From: a bacterium
GTDB lineage: Bacteria; Hinthialibacterota; Hinthialibacteria; Hinthialibacterales; Hinthialibacteraceae
Reading direction: 5' to 3'
Length of the DNA stretch: 64,000 nucleotides
Assembly: GCA_963662285.2 (NCBI GenBank)
Contig: CAXXMV010000006.1
Span: forward strand, 128,001-192,000
The notes below the pieces were generated by a model that worked only from the letters and a program-made list of their open reading frames with translations, did no database searches and was not told the origin of the DNA. Shown here piece after piece: positions 49,968 through 61,259 of this stretch (the first letter of the stretch is position 1; each line of letters opens with the position of its first letter). The position numbers and the translations under genes are program-made.

Positions 49968-52256
49968 TCAACTTGTCCTATAAGCAACCATCAGATTCGC
50001 GCTTTTCATAATTACAAAGAGCATCAGCGTTCCCATTACGCCCAGTATGGGGATCAGCAGCGTTCCCGTCAGCAGGGCGCCAATCGCCCCGCCGGTATTA
50101 TCACTGGCCACCGCCCATGCGGCGAGTTGCGTGGTTTTTGTTTTATGCAATTCCAGCGCTTGGGCCGCCAGTGGAAATATCATCCCCGAAAAGACGGCAA
50201 CCAGCAACAGCCCTGCTAGTAAGAGGCATTCGATGATTACTGGATGTATGAAGGGTGATGACAGAATGCCCAGGCCGATCATGATTAAAATTAATACCAG
50301 GGTATAAAGGGCGTCGATGCGAAGCAAATGACGGGTAATGTTATGATAGCGCCGCTTTACCATCCGTACTCCTAAACTCCCCCCCAGCGCCAATCCCAGC
50401 ATGAAGGTTCCAAAGAACAACCCGACTTGCTGGTAGAGGCATCCCACTTTGCTTTGGAAGAAGAGCAGGATGGCGATTTCGGCGCCCATCGAGGTCAGCC
50501 CTGTTCCAAACAGAATGGTCAGCGGCGCTCCTGTGTTCGCCAGATTTCCTCCTATCATCCACGCCATGATCCAGTGGAGCATCAAGATTAACAATAAAAC
50601 CGTGAATCCCGCCATGTAAATCATTCCTTGATTAGATGCTATGTCTTCGATATTAAACCACTTGATATAGCCGTATTGCTTGCCCCAAACAACCAGATCA
50701 TATAGATAGCATAGCGGTCGGTTATCAGTGTTACGAGGTAAGTATTGCGTATTCTTCAATCCCTGGTTAACGCGGGCGATGCGTTCTGGTTCATAATACA
50801 ACGAGTAATAATCCGGCGAGAAACCAGGGATATTCAGGCCCGTCTGTTCATAAAGGTCAGACAGCAAATCGGGATCGGAGAGCAGGTCGCGGCTTGGTGA
50901 TGCGAAGAACCACCAGTCGATTCCGGGCGCGACCAGAACGTTTTGAAATACGTCGCGCAGGGTCCAGTAGAGCGTACCGTTGTAAAAACCGACATCGCCA
51001 AACTCATAATTGGGGGTTCCCTTGGTGGAGATGACGAAGACGCCGTCCGGCGCCAGTTTCGATAAAGCCTGTTGGAAAAATTCCTTAGTGTACAGCCTGT
51101 TCAATAATCCATTGGAGGGATTGGGTTGATTGATAATGATGGTTGTGAGGCGTTGATCCATATCATGCAACAATCTGCGGGGATCAGTAATGTTTTGTTG
51201 GAATACATTATTCTCATCGGCGATTTGGGTTGGTTGGATATCTTTCAGCAAGTCAATAATACCGGGGTCCATTTCGCCGTATATCAAGGTTTGCGGTTCA
51301 TGTTCTATTAGACTATGGTTCAGCTCATTTCCACCGCTTCCAAGCAGCAGGATCGATTTGGGCTGTGGGGATTGCGATAACGACATGTGCGCCCATTGCG
51401 CGGCTTGATAACGGTCGGGGAAAGAGAACAGCGGCGTTCCATTGCCGAAAACGGAGTATTGCTGGTCGCGTTCTCCGGCTTCGAGGTATTGATATGGCGT
51501 GTTAAGCGACTGGACTAAGTTGTAGCCGGGGTGAGCGTATCGCCAACGCGAGCGATTGCTCCAGTCCTGCCATTGACGGGGTTGCCCTAGGCCAATCAGT
51601 AGTATGGATAGTAAGAACAATGCCATCCACGCGCTGCGTTGTTTCCACCCGGTCTCAATCAGCAAAAACACGAAGGAGGTCATTGCCAACATAATTACAG
51701 CGAGCAGTAATGGCTGGATGACAATCAGTATCTTGAATGTTATCAATACGCCTGCGGTCACGCTGCCCAGCGATTCGAATGAGAAGACCGTCCCGATCCA
51801 GGCGGCGCTGGTTGACTCCACCGCACGGTTGGTTTTGAAAGATAGCGACATCAACGGGAAAGCCAAACCGAAGATCATTCCACCGGGTATGATGGCAGTC
51901 AACGCGATAACCGGCATAAAAAACGGCGAGGGTTTATCGCTTATGGGTATTGATAGTATCAGTGGAGCGAAGCGGATCCATAGCACGCTGAACCACAGCG
52001 CCAACGGAACCAGGAATAATGCGCCGCGCAGCCAACTATGACTGTTTCGTTCGATGGATAAAAAACCGGGGATATACGATCCCAGCGAAATGCCCAGCAG
52101 CCAGCCGCTCAGAAGCAGACCCAGCGTCAGTTCATTGCCGGATAGAACAATGAGTAATTCATGGAACAATACTACCTGCGTCAAAGTTGCACAACAACCA
52201 AGCATGATGCAAAGCAAGCGGTTCCAGATGAGTGGAGTCAATGGATGATGGTTCAT
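49968..52256 (-). CDS. Fused membrane (MFS-like) / spermidine-synthase-like protein
   Basis: GNEL TM block, ESLGS, TPYQ, LLLGSGG, EMDP, LYTKEFF, NTDNRP, second TM block. Confidence 0.82.
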   Translation of the reverse strand: MNHHPLTPLIWNRLLCIMLGCCATLTQVVLFHELLIVLSGNELTLGLLLSGWLLGISLGSYIPGFLSIERNSHSWLRGALFLVPLALWFSVLWIRFAPLILSIPISDKPSPFFMPVIALTAIIPGGMIFGLAFPLMSLSFKTNRAVESTSAAWIGTVFSFESLGSVTAGVLITFKILIVIQPLLLAVIMLAMTSFVFLLIETGWKQRSAWMALFLLSILLIGLGQPRQWQDWSNRSRWRYAHPGYNLVQSLNTPYQYLEAGERDQQYSVFGNGTPLFSFPDRYQAAQWAHMSLSQSPQPKSILLLGSGGNELNHSLIEHEPQTLIYGEMDPGIIDLLKDIQPTQIADENNVFQQNITDPRRLLHDMDQRLTTIIINQPNPSNGLLNRLYTKEFFQQALSKLAPDGVFVISTKGTPNYEFGDVGFYNGTLYWTLRDVFQNVLVAPGIDWWFFASPSRDLLSDPDLLSDLYEQTGLNIPGFSPDYYSLYYEPERIARVNQGLKNTQYLPRNTDNRPLCYLYDLVVWGKQYGYIKWFNIEDIASNQGMIYMAGFTVLLLILMLHWIMAWMIGGNLANTGAPLTILFGTGLTSMGAEIAILLFFQSKVGCLYQQVGLFFGTFMLGLALGGSLGVRMVKRRYHNITRHLLRIDALYTLVLILIMIGLGILSSPFIHPVIIECLLLAGLLLVAVFSGMIFPLAAQALELHKTKTTQLAAWAVASDNTGGAIGALLTGTLLIPILGVMGTLMLFVIMKSANLMVAYRTS

Positions 52257-52303
52257 GGTAATAGGTTAGCCAATTGATGCGCCTGATCCATCCCCCAAGT
52301 TCC

Positions 52304-52393
52304 ATGTCATTAAGTTAACCAGCCTTGTCCCCTCTCCCGCCGGGAGAGGGTTAGGGTGAGGGGATGTACAAAACAACTGAAGTTAATAACATT
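52304..52393. repeat. MITE/REP-like element with ATGTCATTAAGTTAA-type ends and an internal GC hairpin
   Basis: atgtcattaagttaa...cccctctcccgccgggagagggttagggtgagggg...tgaagttaataacatt. Confidence 0.65.
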
Positions 52394-52425
52394 ACCCCTC
52401 GTGGGACGTCAGGAAAAACACCGCC

Positions 52426-52965
52426 CTAATCAATCTGCGCATGAACTTCATCAAAATATAGGTACTTGCGCCATTCTTCCCGTCTTTCTCCCATCAATCG
52501 CACCAGATGGAGATAAGTGGGCAGGGTCGGTTTTTTTGGAGGATTGAGCAGATGCATGTCGATCTCACCTAAAAGATAATTGCCTTTGCGGTGGTTGCAT
52601 TTTTTACATGCGGTGACCACGTTGTTCCATGAATCCTTGCCGTTGCGCGAAATGGGGATCACATGGTCGAGGGTTAGTTTATCGGGAGAATAGTGTTGGC
52701 CGCAATATTGACATTTATATCCGTCGCGCAACAGGATGTTTTTACGGCAGAAGGGGATAGGGCGGTAGGGCAGTTTGATGAATTTCCGCAGACGGATAAC
52801 TTCGGGCAGATGGATGGTCAACGATGAGGAACGGATCACTTCACCGTTATGCTCCACAGCATCCGCCTTGTCGGTTAAGAGCAGAACGACGGCTCTACGG
52901 GCGGTGCAGATGTTGATCGCCTCGTAACTTGAATTGAGTACCAGGACGCGATGATAAGCGAACAC
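52426..52965 (-). CDS. HNH endonuclease (McrA-like)
   Basis: VLVLNSSYE, RDGYKCQYCG, TLDHVIP, WNNVVTACKKCN..KG. Confidence 0.92.
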   Translation of the reverse strand: MFAYHRVLVLNSSYEAINICTARRAVVLLLTDKADAVEHNGEVIRSSSLTIHLPEVIRLRKFIKLPYRPIPFCRKNILLRDGYKCQYCGQHYSPDKLTLDHVIPISRNGKDSWNNVVTACKKCNHRKGNYLLGEIDMHLLNPPKKPTLPTYLHLVRLMGERREEWRKYLYFDEVHAQID

Positions 52966-53005
52966 GGTTTTTCCCGACTTCTAGGCTTTTGATTTCACGC
53001 TCCTA

Positions 53006-53998
53006 TTAAGTCCACCGGTGAAAATGATGATCGGCGGAGAGCATGCGAAAGCCGTTGTTTTCGTAAAAGCGGATGGCTCTAAGGTTATCCGCCATAGTTC
53101 GCAACTCGATCAGGTTGGTTTGAGGCTCGAACCAGTTGAACGCGGCAAGCAGTAATGCGCGTCCGATGCCTTTTCCCTGAATACTACTGTCCACTGCAAT
53201 AAAATCGATAATCCCGATGGTTCGTCCGATATACGGAACTAACGATTGTTGAATCGGCGCCGAACAGAAACCGATGGGTTCTCCATATCTTTCGGCTATA
53301 AGTATGTGAAAAGCTGGCGACTTTGCGCAACGTTCCATCCATTCAGCGAATAGATTACGGGCGTCTTCCGGATCAAAGCGCATTTCACAGAAGAAATGAC
53401 TATATCGGTGAGACCGGCGTATTATATCTTTCAGTTTCGGCAGGTCCTGCTGGAGGTAAGGCCGAATCTTGAAACTATCATAGTTTTGAGATTGATGGCT
53501 GTCAATCATTTTTCTTTCAAGTTGGTCAAAGACCATGCGAACCGAGGTTCCCACCTGGACGAATCCTGAACGCCCCAACTGATACGACAAAGCATGTTGG
53601 TTGGCTTCCGCACGGGTAGTGTAGACTGATCCTTCGTGGATCAAAAGTTCATTTAACTTATCCGTGATCTGTTCAATTTCCCCCAGCTCGTCAGAGAAAC
53701 AGAAAAAAGGTTGAATTTTGTAATAGGGGATTCTGAAATGCCTGCTATGCCAATCCGACTTTTCGATTCCCGCCAGGGCCAGCAGTTTATCGCCGTGCAG
53801 CAGCGCTTTGAATCCCGCATCTTCCGGTTTTTGTTCAATCTGCTTAATCAGCCGGTCGCAATGAAAATCGGCGATTCCCGGTTCAGCCAGATATGAGACG
53901 TAGTGTTTGGGGCGCTCGCGGCGTTGTTGCGCGAACGCTTCTTTTATAAGTGGAATATGTTCTGCGCTGGTTTGCGTCCATCTTGATGAATATTGCAT
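53006..53998 (-). CDS. GNAT acetyltransferase (WecD/RffC-like)
   Basis: SHF..E.RF, IAVD..IQGKGIG, N.RAIRFYENNGF. Confidence 0.78.
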   Translation of the reverse strand: MQYSSRWTQTSAEHIPLIKEAFAQQRRERPKHYVSYLAEPGIADFHCDRLIKQIEQKPEDAGFKALLHGDKLLALAGIEKSDWHSRHFRIPYYKIQPFFCFSDELGEIEQITDKLNELLIHEGSVYTTRAEANQHALSYQLGRSGFVQVGTSVRMVFDQLERKMIDSHQSQNYDSFKIRPYLQQDLPKLKDIIRRSHRYSHFFCEMRFDPEDARNLFAEWMERCAKSPAFHILIAERYGEPIGFCSAPIQQSLVPYIGRTIGIIDFIAVDSSIQGKGIGRALLLAAFNWFEPQTNLIELRTMADNLRAIRFYENNGFRMLSADHHFHRWT

Positions 53999-54060
53999 TG
54001 ATTATCACCATTCCAAGGTTGAACTTCAAATGTATCATAACGGAAGGAGCGCCTAAGACA

Positions 54061-55182
54061 ATGAGCATCACCCAACGTTTATTACAGTTAATTACTGGCC
54101 GAAAAAAAATAATCCCCTCCAGCGCACCGGCGTTGCAGGTTGCCGCGCCGGTGGCTGAATTTATTGATAAACTTCCCAAGGCGGAAATTCATCTCCATTT
54201 CGAGGGCGCTATCAACGCCGAAATAATTCTCGCCTTGGCGCGAAAGTATCTCGACCCGCAAATTAAAAATTATAATGATGCCAAATGGCTGCTCTACTTT
54301 GCTAATCCACATGATTTTTTCAAGAATTTTCTATACCTATCTTCACTCTTCCGCGAGGCGCAGGATTTCTATGACGCCGCTCTGGCGCTTGGTAAGCAAC
54401 TAAACGATCAGAACATCCAGTACGCCGAACTTACTATCGCCCCGCACAAGTTTATGCGTTCCGGCATCCCCTATCCTGATTTAATGGATGCTATGTCGCG
54501 GGGTCTGGTGGATGCTCCCGGCGCCGGTCAGCGGGAACACCGCTTTATCATAGATATCGTGCGCGACCTGGGGCCGCAGCTGGGTATGGAGATGATTCGC
54601 GAAGTAGAACAGCATCCCCGTTCGGATGTAGTAGGGATTGGATTAGGCGGCAGCGAGAGTTTCCCCCCGGAAGATTCAGTGGAGGTATTCCGCTACGCCG
54701 AGTCAATCGGATTGCGTAAAACCGCCCATGCCGGAGAGGGACTGGGCGCCCAGTCCATCTGGGGCGCAATCAAATCGCTGGGCGTCGAGCGCATTGATCA
54801 CGGAGTGCGAGCTGGGGAAGATGCTGAACTAGTCAAATATCTGATCGAGCATCGCATCCCCCTCAATCAATGTTTGACCAGCAACGTCATGCTGGGCGTT
54901 GTACGCGAACTTGACCAGCATCCCTTCCGCTCTTATTGGGATCAAGGCGTCGTCTTGACTATCGGAACCGATGATCCAGCGTTTTTTAAGACGAACCTGA
55001 GTGAAGAATTAAGAAATCTGGCGATCCATCAGGCTTTCAAACCCGAAGAGATGCCAGCTCTTATGGAAAACGCCATCAACGCCTCATTTATGGATCAAGG
55101 CGGTAAGTCGAAATGGATCACTCGCTTTCGCGCTGAGACGGCGCCGCTGCTTGAGGCGATGCGATCTTCCGGGGAATCCTGA
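54061..55182 (+). CDS. add: Adenosine deaminase
   Basis: PKAEIHLHFEG, TAHAGE, RIDHG, TSN, GTDDP. Confidence 0.9.
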   Translation: MSITQRLLQLITGRKKIIPSSAPALQVAAPVAEFIDKLPKAEIHLHFEGAINAEIILALARKYLDPQIKNYNDAKWLLYFANPHDFFKNFLYLSSLFREAQDFYDAALALGKQLNDQNIQYAELTIAPHKFMRSGIPYPDLMDAMSRGLVDAPGAGQREHRFIIDIVRDLGPQLGMEMIREVEQHPRSDVVGIGLGGSESFPPEDSVEVFRYAESIGLRKTAHAGEGLGAQSIWGAIKSLGVERIDHGVRAGEDAELVKYLIEHRIPLNQCLTSNVMLGVVRELDQHPFRSYWDQGVVLTIGTDDPAFFKTNLSEELRNLAIHQAFKPEEMPALMENAINASFMDQGGKSKWITRFRAETAPLLEAMRSSGES

Positions 55183-58100
55183 GCGATTCGTTTTGCTGCT
55201 GGAATACCCGCGTGTTGTATTCCATATAATAATTCATGCGCTCTTCATCCCAGGGGTATGATTCATCATCGCCGTACGGATAAGCCGACATGCCCTTGAA
55301 GGGCAGTGGCGCCACAGTGGTTCCATAAGCCGTGTTTTGATCCAGGTCTTTGACCCAACCCACCGCTTTCATGAAATAGGTCACGCCGTTTAGCGGCTTG
55401 TCGGGCGCATCGAAATGAACTACCGTCTCGTCGCCATGCTGGATAATGATGTACATATCATCAAAAGCCGTAAGCAATGGCGTTACATCTCCGTAGCGGG
55501 TGAAATCGCCTAACTGATAATCCCAACGGTCATTGGTATGCTGCGAACTGTAGTCGTACCATTTAGGCCCATCCTCTGATAAATAATAACTATCTGAATA
55601 ACCGCCGTAGCGCAGCTCAGCCTCTTTGAAGGGATGCTGCTGCACTGTGAAGCCGTCGAGTATGGGATCAACGTCAACCATAATGCGATCCCAATGCACC
55701 TGGACGGTTGATACAATGCGGATGGTGTGGTCTTCGCTTAAAAAGATATCCGATACATCGGTCGGCACGGTTTTAAGTTTACCAGCGGGGAAGCCCATCG
55801 GGTTGCGCACCGTAATCCACTGGCCTTGCTTATTCTTGACCTGCAACATGGGCATGACGAAATCATGCTCTGGATTCTGCTCCAGCGAGCGGGCGTTGCT
55901 GGAATTAGGCCAATCCAGGTAGCCGGTCATAAACAGATAAACCTGCTCCGCGCCTTTAGTATCATTCAGATCAATCTCAAACCAATGCTGCTTGACCACG
56001 CCATACATGCGACTCTCATTTTTCCAGGGCAGGGGATACTTATAGTCGTTTTCAGCGACCAATCGGGTAACGTCGTTTCCATGATTATCGGTCACCCGCT
56101 TGGGCGGACGCGCTTTATCAGAAATGCCTACCAATTTGAATTCAGGGAAGGGAGGCATGGAGAAGCACTCGTTGACATGTATCTCTTTGGCGTCGGGATG
56201 CGAGGCGGAGATCAGTTCCATCTGGTCCAGGTAAGTTATCTCGCGCAGTTCCTCACGCATCATGATTTCATAGATGCCGTCTCTGGCTTTTAAGTGTTTT
56301 TCTTCGATGCGGATATATTCATCAGCGTTGGGAGGATAGTAGCCCCCGCCGACATACAGGCCTAAGGGCGCGTTGCACAGCGAATCGGCGATAAAGTCAT
56401 AGCCCTCGCCATTCCAGGTATACACGAAGAGGCACGATCCAGCGTATCCCGGTTTCTCAGTGGCGTTTAGTATCTGGTTGGCCGGAGTGTGGATCAAATT
56501 TTGGAAGATTCCGTTAGGCCAGGTAATGCGGATAACGTCGGCCTGCTTGCGCTGACCCAAACCCAGATGCGTGACTTTGGATGACACTTCTTTCTTAATG
56601 AAGAAAGTATCGTCCTTAACCAATATCTTGGCGCCAATGCCGTCTTCGGTGTTCTTCGTACCCATGATTTGCAGGGATATTGAACTGTTCTGATTGCCAT
56701 TCAGGTTCTCCAAAGCACGGAAACCTTCATATGTGGTAACCAGCAGATCGAGGTCGCCGTCGAAATCAATATCAGCTGTTTGAGGGGAGGAATAATTATA
56801 TGCAGAAATTGCGAAATCCTTTTCCCGTCCCAAATCCATAACGTTCATCTGTAACTCAAAACCGAGCGGCGTCTGGTTCAGTAGCATTTGGCGGCTGTAT
56901 TTTTCTTTTGTTTGGTTTGCATCTTTCCCAAAGTATTTGTCTCTTTTAGGTGGTAAATTTGAAATAAGGATATCTTCATAGCCGTCATTGTTCATATCCG
57001 CAATGTTCTGAGGCGCCGCGAATGCATGGATGTTTTTATCCAATTCAGTGCTTACTGGTGAAAGAATCCCCGTTTTATTGTTAATTTTGAAGATGAAATA
57101 ATTCTTCTTGTAATCATCATCAGAACTGCTGAATGTTCCCAGAAGACAGATTTCCATTGATCCATCATTATCCATGTCCTTGGCGGTAAGTCTCAGCGGC
57201 TGGAAATCATCATTATAGTAATTAAATTCAATGGGATGGTTGGATGTCTTCTTAAACCGCACTTCGCGCAGGTTGGAGAAGACTTCTATGTTGAATTTAT
57301 TGGTCGATCCGGTCTCTTTGTCTGCTGGAAGCGCCAGCCTGATAATTTCCAAATCATTATCATTATCCAGGTCGGAAGAAGCCAGCGCCATGCTATGTCC
57401 TGTAGGCAGGCCTTCTATTTTATCAGTTACATCAGTGAACGTCTTATTGCCGTTGTTTTGCAGGATGATATCGCCCTTTTCACCGCACGCCAATAAAAGG
57501 TCAAGGTCGCCTTCCGCGTCGAAATCGCACCATAAGGCGTCAAGGCAGCCGGAAAATCCTTGGGGAGATTCAAACTGTCCGTTACATCCGTCAGTTTCCA
57601 ATCGCCCTGGTTTTGCAGCAACTTGACTGAAGACGAAGCAGAATAAAGGAACAAATCGGTATCTTCATCATTATCATAATCAGCCGGAGCGCAGTCGGTC
57701 CAGCCGCTTCCCAGGTCTTCGCTATGTTTGACTTCGCCTTTTGCGTCAACTATTAATAACATGGTGCGATAGGGTTTAACTACAACAATGGCGGTAGTGC
57801 GCGTCTCAATATCGGGGATGGCGGCGGCAAACCTGCCTATATATGGCAGGTCAGCGAATTTCTCTATATCCGGTTCTTTGCTGAAATCAGTAACTTTAAA
57901 AATGGCGTCAGTCCATGCTTTATTCGCAGCGAACTTGACTTTCAGATCAGACGAGAATTTGGGCAGGTATTCGGGCGGGATGTCAAATTCAATCGGCCCC
58001 AGAAATTTTCCTTCATCAATGGCGGATGCGGGGCGGTCCGGCTCGGTCTTTTTCAATTTCTGAAAAGTAGCCATCATCTCCTTGGCGGTTTTCATATCCT

Positions 58101-58653
58101 TCCTGGTGCGGGCGTAATACAGAAAGAGGTTGTAATAAGAGGGGGTATGAGCTGGATCGATCTTGATCGTCTTCTCAAACCACTTAGCTGCTTCTTCATG
58201 TTGTTTGAGGTTGAAATAGGCCAAACCGAGATTATACGAATTAGCCGCATCGCTTTGATCAACAGCATCTGTTTTCTGGAAATAAGTTAATGCGCTGGTG
58301 GTGTCGCCGATCTTTTTATAGGCCAACCCCAGGGTGTAGTTGGCGAAGGGATTATCTGGTTCCTGCTTAATGGCTTGTTTGAGGTACTTGATCGATTCAT
58401 CGTTCTTATCGCCATGATAATGCGCAATGCCCAGGTTGATGGTATCCGATACTGATTCCGGGACCATGGCGATGGCTTCTTGATAAACCCGGATGGCGTT
58501 TTCAAAGTCTTCTTCTTCCATATAAGCCGTACCTAAAGCCCTTAGACGGTTTAACTTGGAATTAGACGAGGCGCCGCATTCGCATACAGTTATAAATAAT
58601 AAAAAAGTTAACAATGAGAAGGCCGGCAAAATGTTCTTCATACAATAATTCAT
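55118..58653 (-). pseudogene. Secreted TPR + FG-GAP + ASPIC/UnbV (CRTAC1-like) protein split by a frameshift near 57555
   Basis: TPR and DYDNDEDTD repeats in one frame continue as DFDAEGDLD, GIGAK, GLG, ITWPNG and SC..VYTWNG in the -1 frame. Confidence 0.78.
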
Positions 58654-58719
58654 GAAATAAACTCCCCAATTTGATGATAAAAAAAACATGTAAGATATAT
58701 AGCCCAATCGCCGCCGCAT

Positions 58720-58745
58720 GTAGGGTGCGCCCCTCGTGGGCGCCC
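58720..58745 (+). repeat. GTAG-type REP (GGGCGC subtype); second copy at 62255-62279
   Basis: gtagggtgcgcccctcgtgggcgccc versus tagggcgcgcctctcgtaggcgccc. Confidence 0.6.
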
Positions 58746-58846
58746 GGATATCCCTGCGCCCTGTTACTCATCAAAGCCGCTTCATTAACATATCCGCCAT
58801 GAACGATTTTATATTTCAAGCGAATGTAATCAAAGCCTTAAGATAT

Positions 58847-60928
58847 TTATTTTCTGGAGGATATGATTATTTTGCCAGTATCGGGATCCAGCCCGACGGT
58901 AGCCTGTCTAGTGGGATTACGGAATTTATAGCGCTCTTCATGAATACGAACCAGGACGTCCGGCATAATCATTTCTGTAGTAATTATCTGAGGATTCTTG
59001 GCGGTATGCAGTTGAGAGGCCAAGGCCTGATATTCGGATTTAAGATTTTGACACGCTTTATCAAGCGCCCTTTGACGATTCCGGGCGTTTTCCAATAACT
59101 GGATTTTATCATCATCCAGTAATCGGGGATCAACGTCACTGGTCTCCTGGATAATGATGTTGCTCAATAATTCCGCTTTGGTTTTCAGCGACTTCTCTTT
59201 TTGGTTGATATAAATCATTCGCTCCAGCGTCATAAAATCTGAACCGACTTCGATAACAGTTTTAGAGCCGTAATCCGAACCGATGGTACGGGCGAAGATG
59301 TTGCTGCCCGCCACTGTTATTCCACCCAGCAAACAGCCTTTACCTTTGCGAACCTCCACATTACGCCGGGCGTAAACCTGACTGTTGAGTATCTGGTTGC
59401 CGGCTATGACGTCTTGACCAGCCCGCACATTGGCGTTTTGCAAAAAACATGAAACCACGTTTTGACCTGAGATTATCCGGCCTTTCCCTTTGCCAAAGAT
59501 GCCGTTGGTCACTTCTATGCATTTTCCTGCTTCCAGAATGGCTGCTTCAACCGTCCCTTTGACGCAGATGGCGCCTTTGGCCCGCACTTCGAAACCGTCT
59601 AGCACATTGCCCGCTATCATAACATCGCCTTCAAAATCGATGTTGCCAACCGAAAAATCAACGTCTCCATTAATATAATAGAGCGGTTGGATTTCAATAA
59701 TATTATGATGAAGGCGGTACAATCCGGTGCATGCAGCATACCAATTGGTATTGTCATCCCTTTGTTCGATATTTGGACCAGCTTGCAGCCTGATTGATGT
59801 CCCCGGCTTGCCGGGAAGCGTCTCTCCCAGAACATTTTTTCCTGTGCTTCCCTGAGTTGCGGGAAGAAGAGTCAGAAGATGGTCGCCTTCAGTTACGGTT
59901 AGAATGTTATTCTGGTTATAAAAATCAATGGAACCATCTTCATTGATGACGAAACGGTCTTTTTGATGATTGGGATGAATATACCATGTAATGGATGCAT
60001 CCCGTCCTTTTGACGGCGGCTTTCCTTTGGCGATAACCACATTCTGCACCGGTTGGCGTTTTTCATTGGCTTGCTGGAGCGCTATGTTCATGACCTCTTG
60101 TTGTATTCCCCACAAGACTTCCTTTTCACGCAATAGGGCGAGTATAAGCGCTCTGGTTACTGTTTTTCCCTTTCCTAATGGCGGCTCAAGAGAAAGGAAG
60201 ACATTCATTTTATCCTCCGCTACTACCACAGACGCGGAGGCGTCCCGGTTTAATTCAAAAACCGATAACTCTTCATCTTTCAAAACTACCGTCCCGGCGC
60301 ATTTTGAATAAAATTCGCCTTGAGGCGTTTTGAGAACATTCTGGCCCGCTTTTACATCGAATATTCGCACCGGGGGAGGGATCGATTCCTCGCCGGTAAT
60401 TCGCATACCCGGTATGCCGGATTTAGCAGGAATTATGCGCATGAGCAAATCATTGTTGCGACATTGAATAACGCCCAGTTTTTTGCAATAGTCTTCGTCT
60501 CCGATCCAGTAATTGATTTTTGATGATTGGCCTTGGATAGGATCGCGCCCCAGCGCTGCGACAACCTCAACTTCCGCTCTTGGATTTTCTTTGATTAGTT
60601 GGATCGCTTTTTGAATATTCTTTTCAATTAATCCATAAATGAATCCTTTTTTCTTGATTTCATCAACTACTTCTATGGCTTTATAAGAGATGGATTGTTC
60701 TGGAGAAGATGGCTGGATCTTCAAAACCGCTTTGGTTTCGAGTTCATTGACATATAAAATCATCCCCTTAAAAAGAGGAATAGCTTTGTTGGTTTGTGGA
60801 ATTGCTGATTTGGAATCAGTTAGTGGTTCATCATCCATTTGATATGAATCGGTAATATTTAATTCATCATCAATATTATTTAGCAAATCTTCCAAACGGT
60901 CAAAATTATCATTAGGCGATGAAGCCAT
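58847..60928 (-). CDS. FapA/DUF342 family protein
   Basis: GKPP..G.DA, G.NVLGE, GDVDFSVGNIDFEG beta-solenoid, C-terminal coiled coil; duplicated N-terminal module; AAGGA RBS before ATG 60928. Confidence 0.85.
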   Translation of the reverse strand: MASSPNDNFDRLEDLLNNIDDELNITDSYQMDDEPLTDSKSAIPQTNKAIPLFKGMILYVNELETKAVLKIQPSSPEQSISYKAIEVVDEIKKKGFIYGLIEKNIQKAIQLIKENPRAEVEVVAALGRDPIQGQSSKINYWIGDEDYCKKLGVIQCRNNDLLMRIIPAKSGIPGMRITGEESIPPPVRIFDVKAGQNVLKTPQGEFYSKCAGTVVLKDEELSVFELNRDASASVVVAEDKMNVFLSLEPPLGKGKTVTRALILALLREKEVLWGIQQEVMNIALQQANEKRQPVQNVVIAKGKPPSKGRDASITWYIHPNHQKDRFVINEDGSIDFYNQNNILTVTEGDHLLTLLPATQGSTGKNVLGETLPGKPGTSIRLQAGPNIEQRDDNTNWYAACTGLYRLHHNIIEIQPLYYINGDVDFSVGNIDFEGDVMIAGNVLDGFEVRAKGAICVKGTVEAAILEAGKCIEVTNGIFGKGKGRIISGQNVVSCFLQNANVRAGQDVIAGNQILNSQVYARRNVEVRKGKGCLLGGITVAGSNIFARTIGSDYGSKTVIEVGSDFMTLERMIYINQKEKSLKTKAELLSNIIIQETSDVDPRLLDDDKIQLLENARNRQRALDKACQNLKSEYQALASQLHTAKNPQIITTEMIMPDVLVRIHEERYKFRNPTRQATVGLDPDTGKIIISSRK

Positions 60929-61259
60929 TAGATTAGTATCCTTATAATTGTTTTTATCTGTAGAATCTTTTGATTTTAACAATATTTATAAGTAAAACAT
61001 AGTATTTTTTTATATTATTGCAGTCATCAAATTTTCTTCACGTAGGGCAAGTACTGGATTTTATCGCATATTTGTATTTGATATAATAAGTCTGGCGCCA
61101 TAGAAATAAAGATGATGATTTACGTCTGTTTAAGCAATGAAGGCTTGCGCCTGTTCGTTTTTCTAGCGGATTCGTTAGAATAGTGTTATTGAAAATTGGC
61201 TGCGCCTTTTACTTTGCAATGTGCACAGACAAACTTATTAATAATTGATGTGAGGTGTT

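Noticed and set aside
52426-55182. HNH + GNAT + adenosine deaminase as a possible RADAR-like defence system
   Set aside because: The deaminase is a normal-sized Add on the opposite strand, there is no RdrA-like ATPase, and the GNAT looks WecD-like
55118-55182. 65-bp convergent overlap of add and the UnbV gene
   Set aside because: Short 3' overlaps of poorly conserved tails are common
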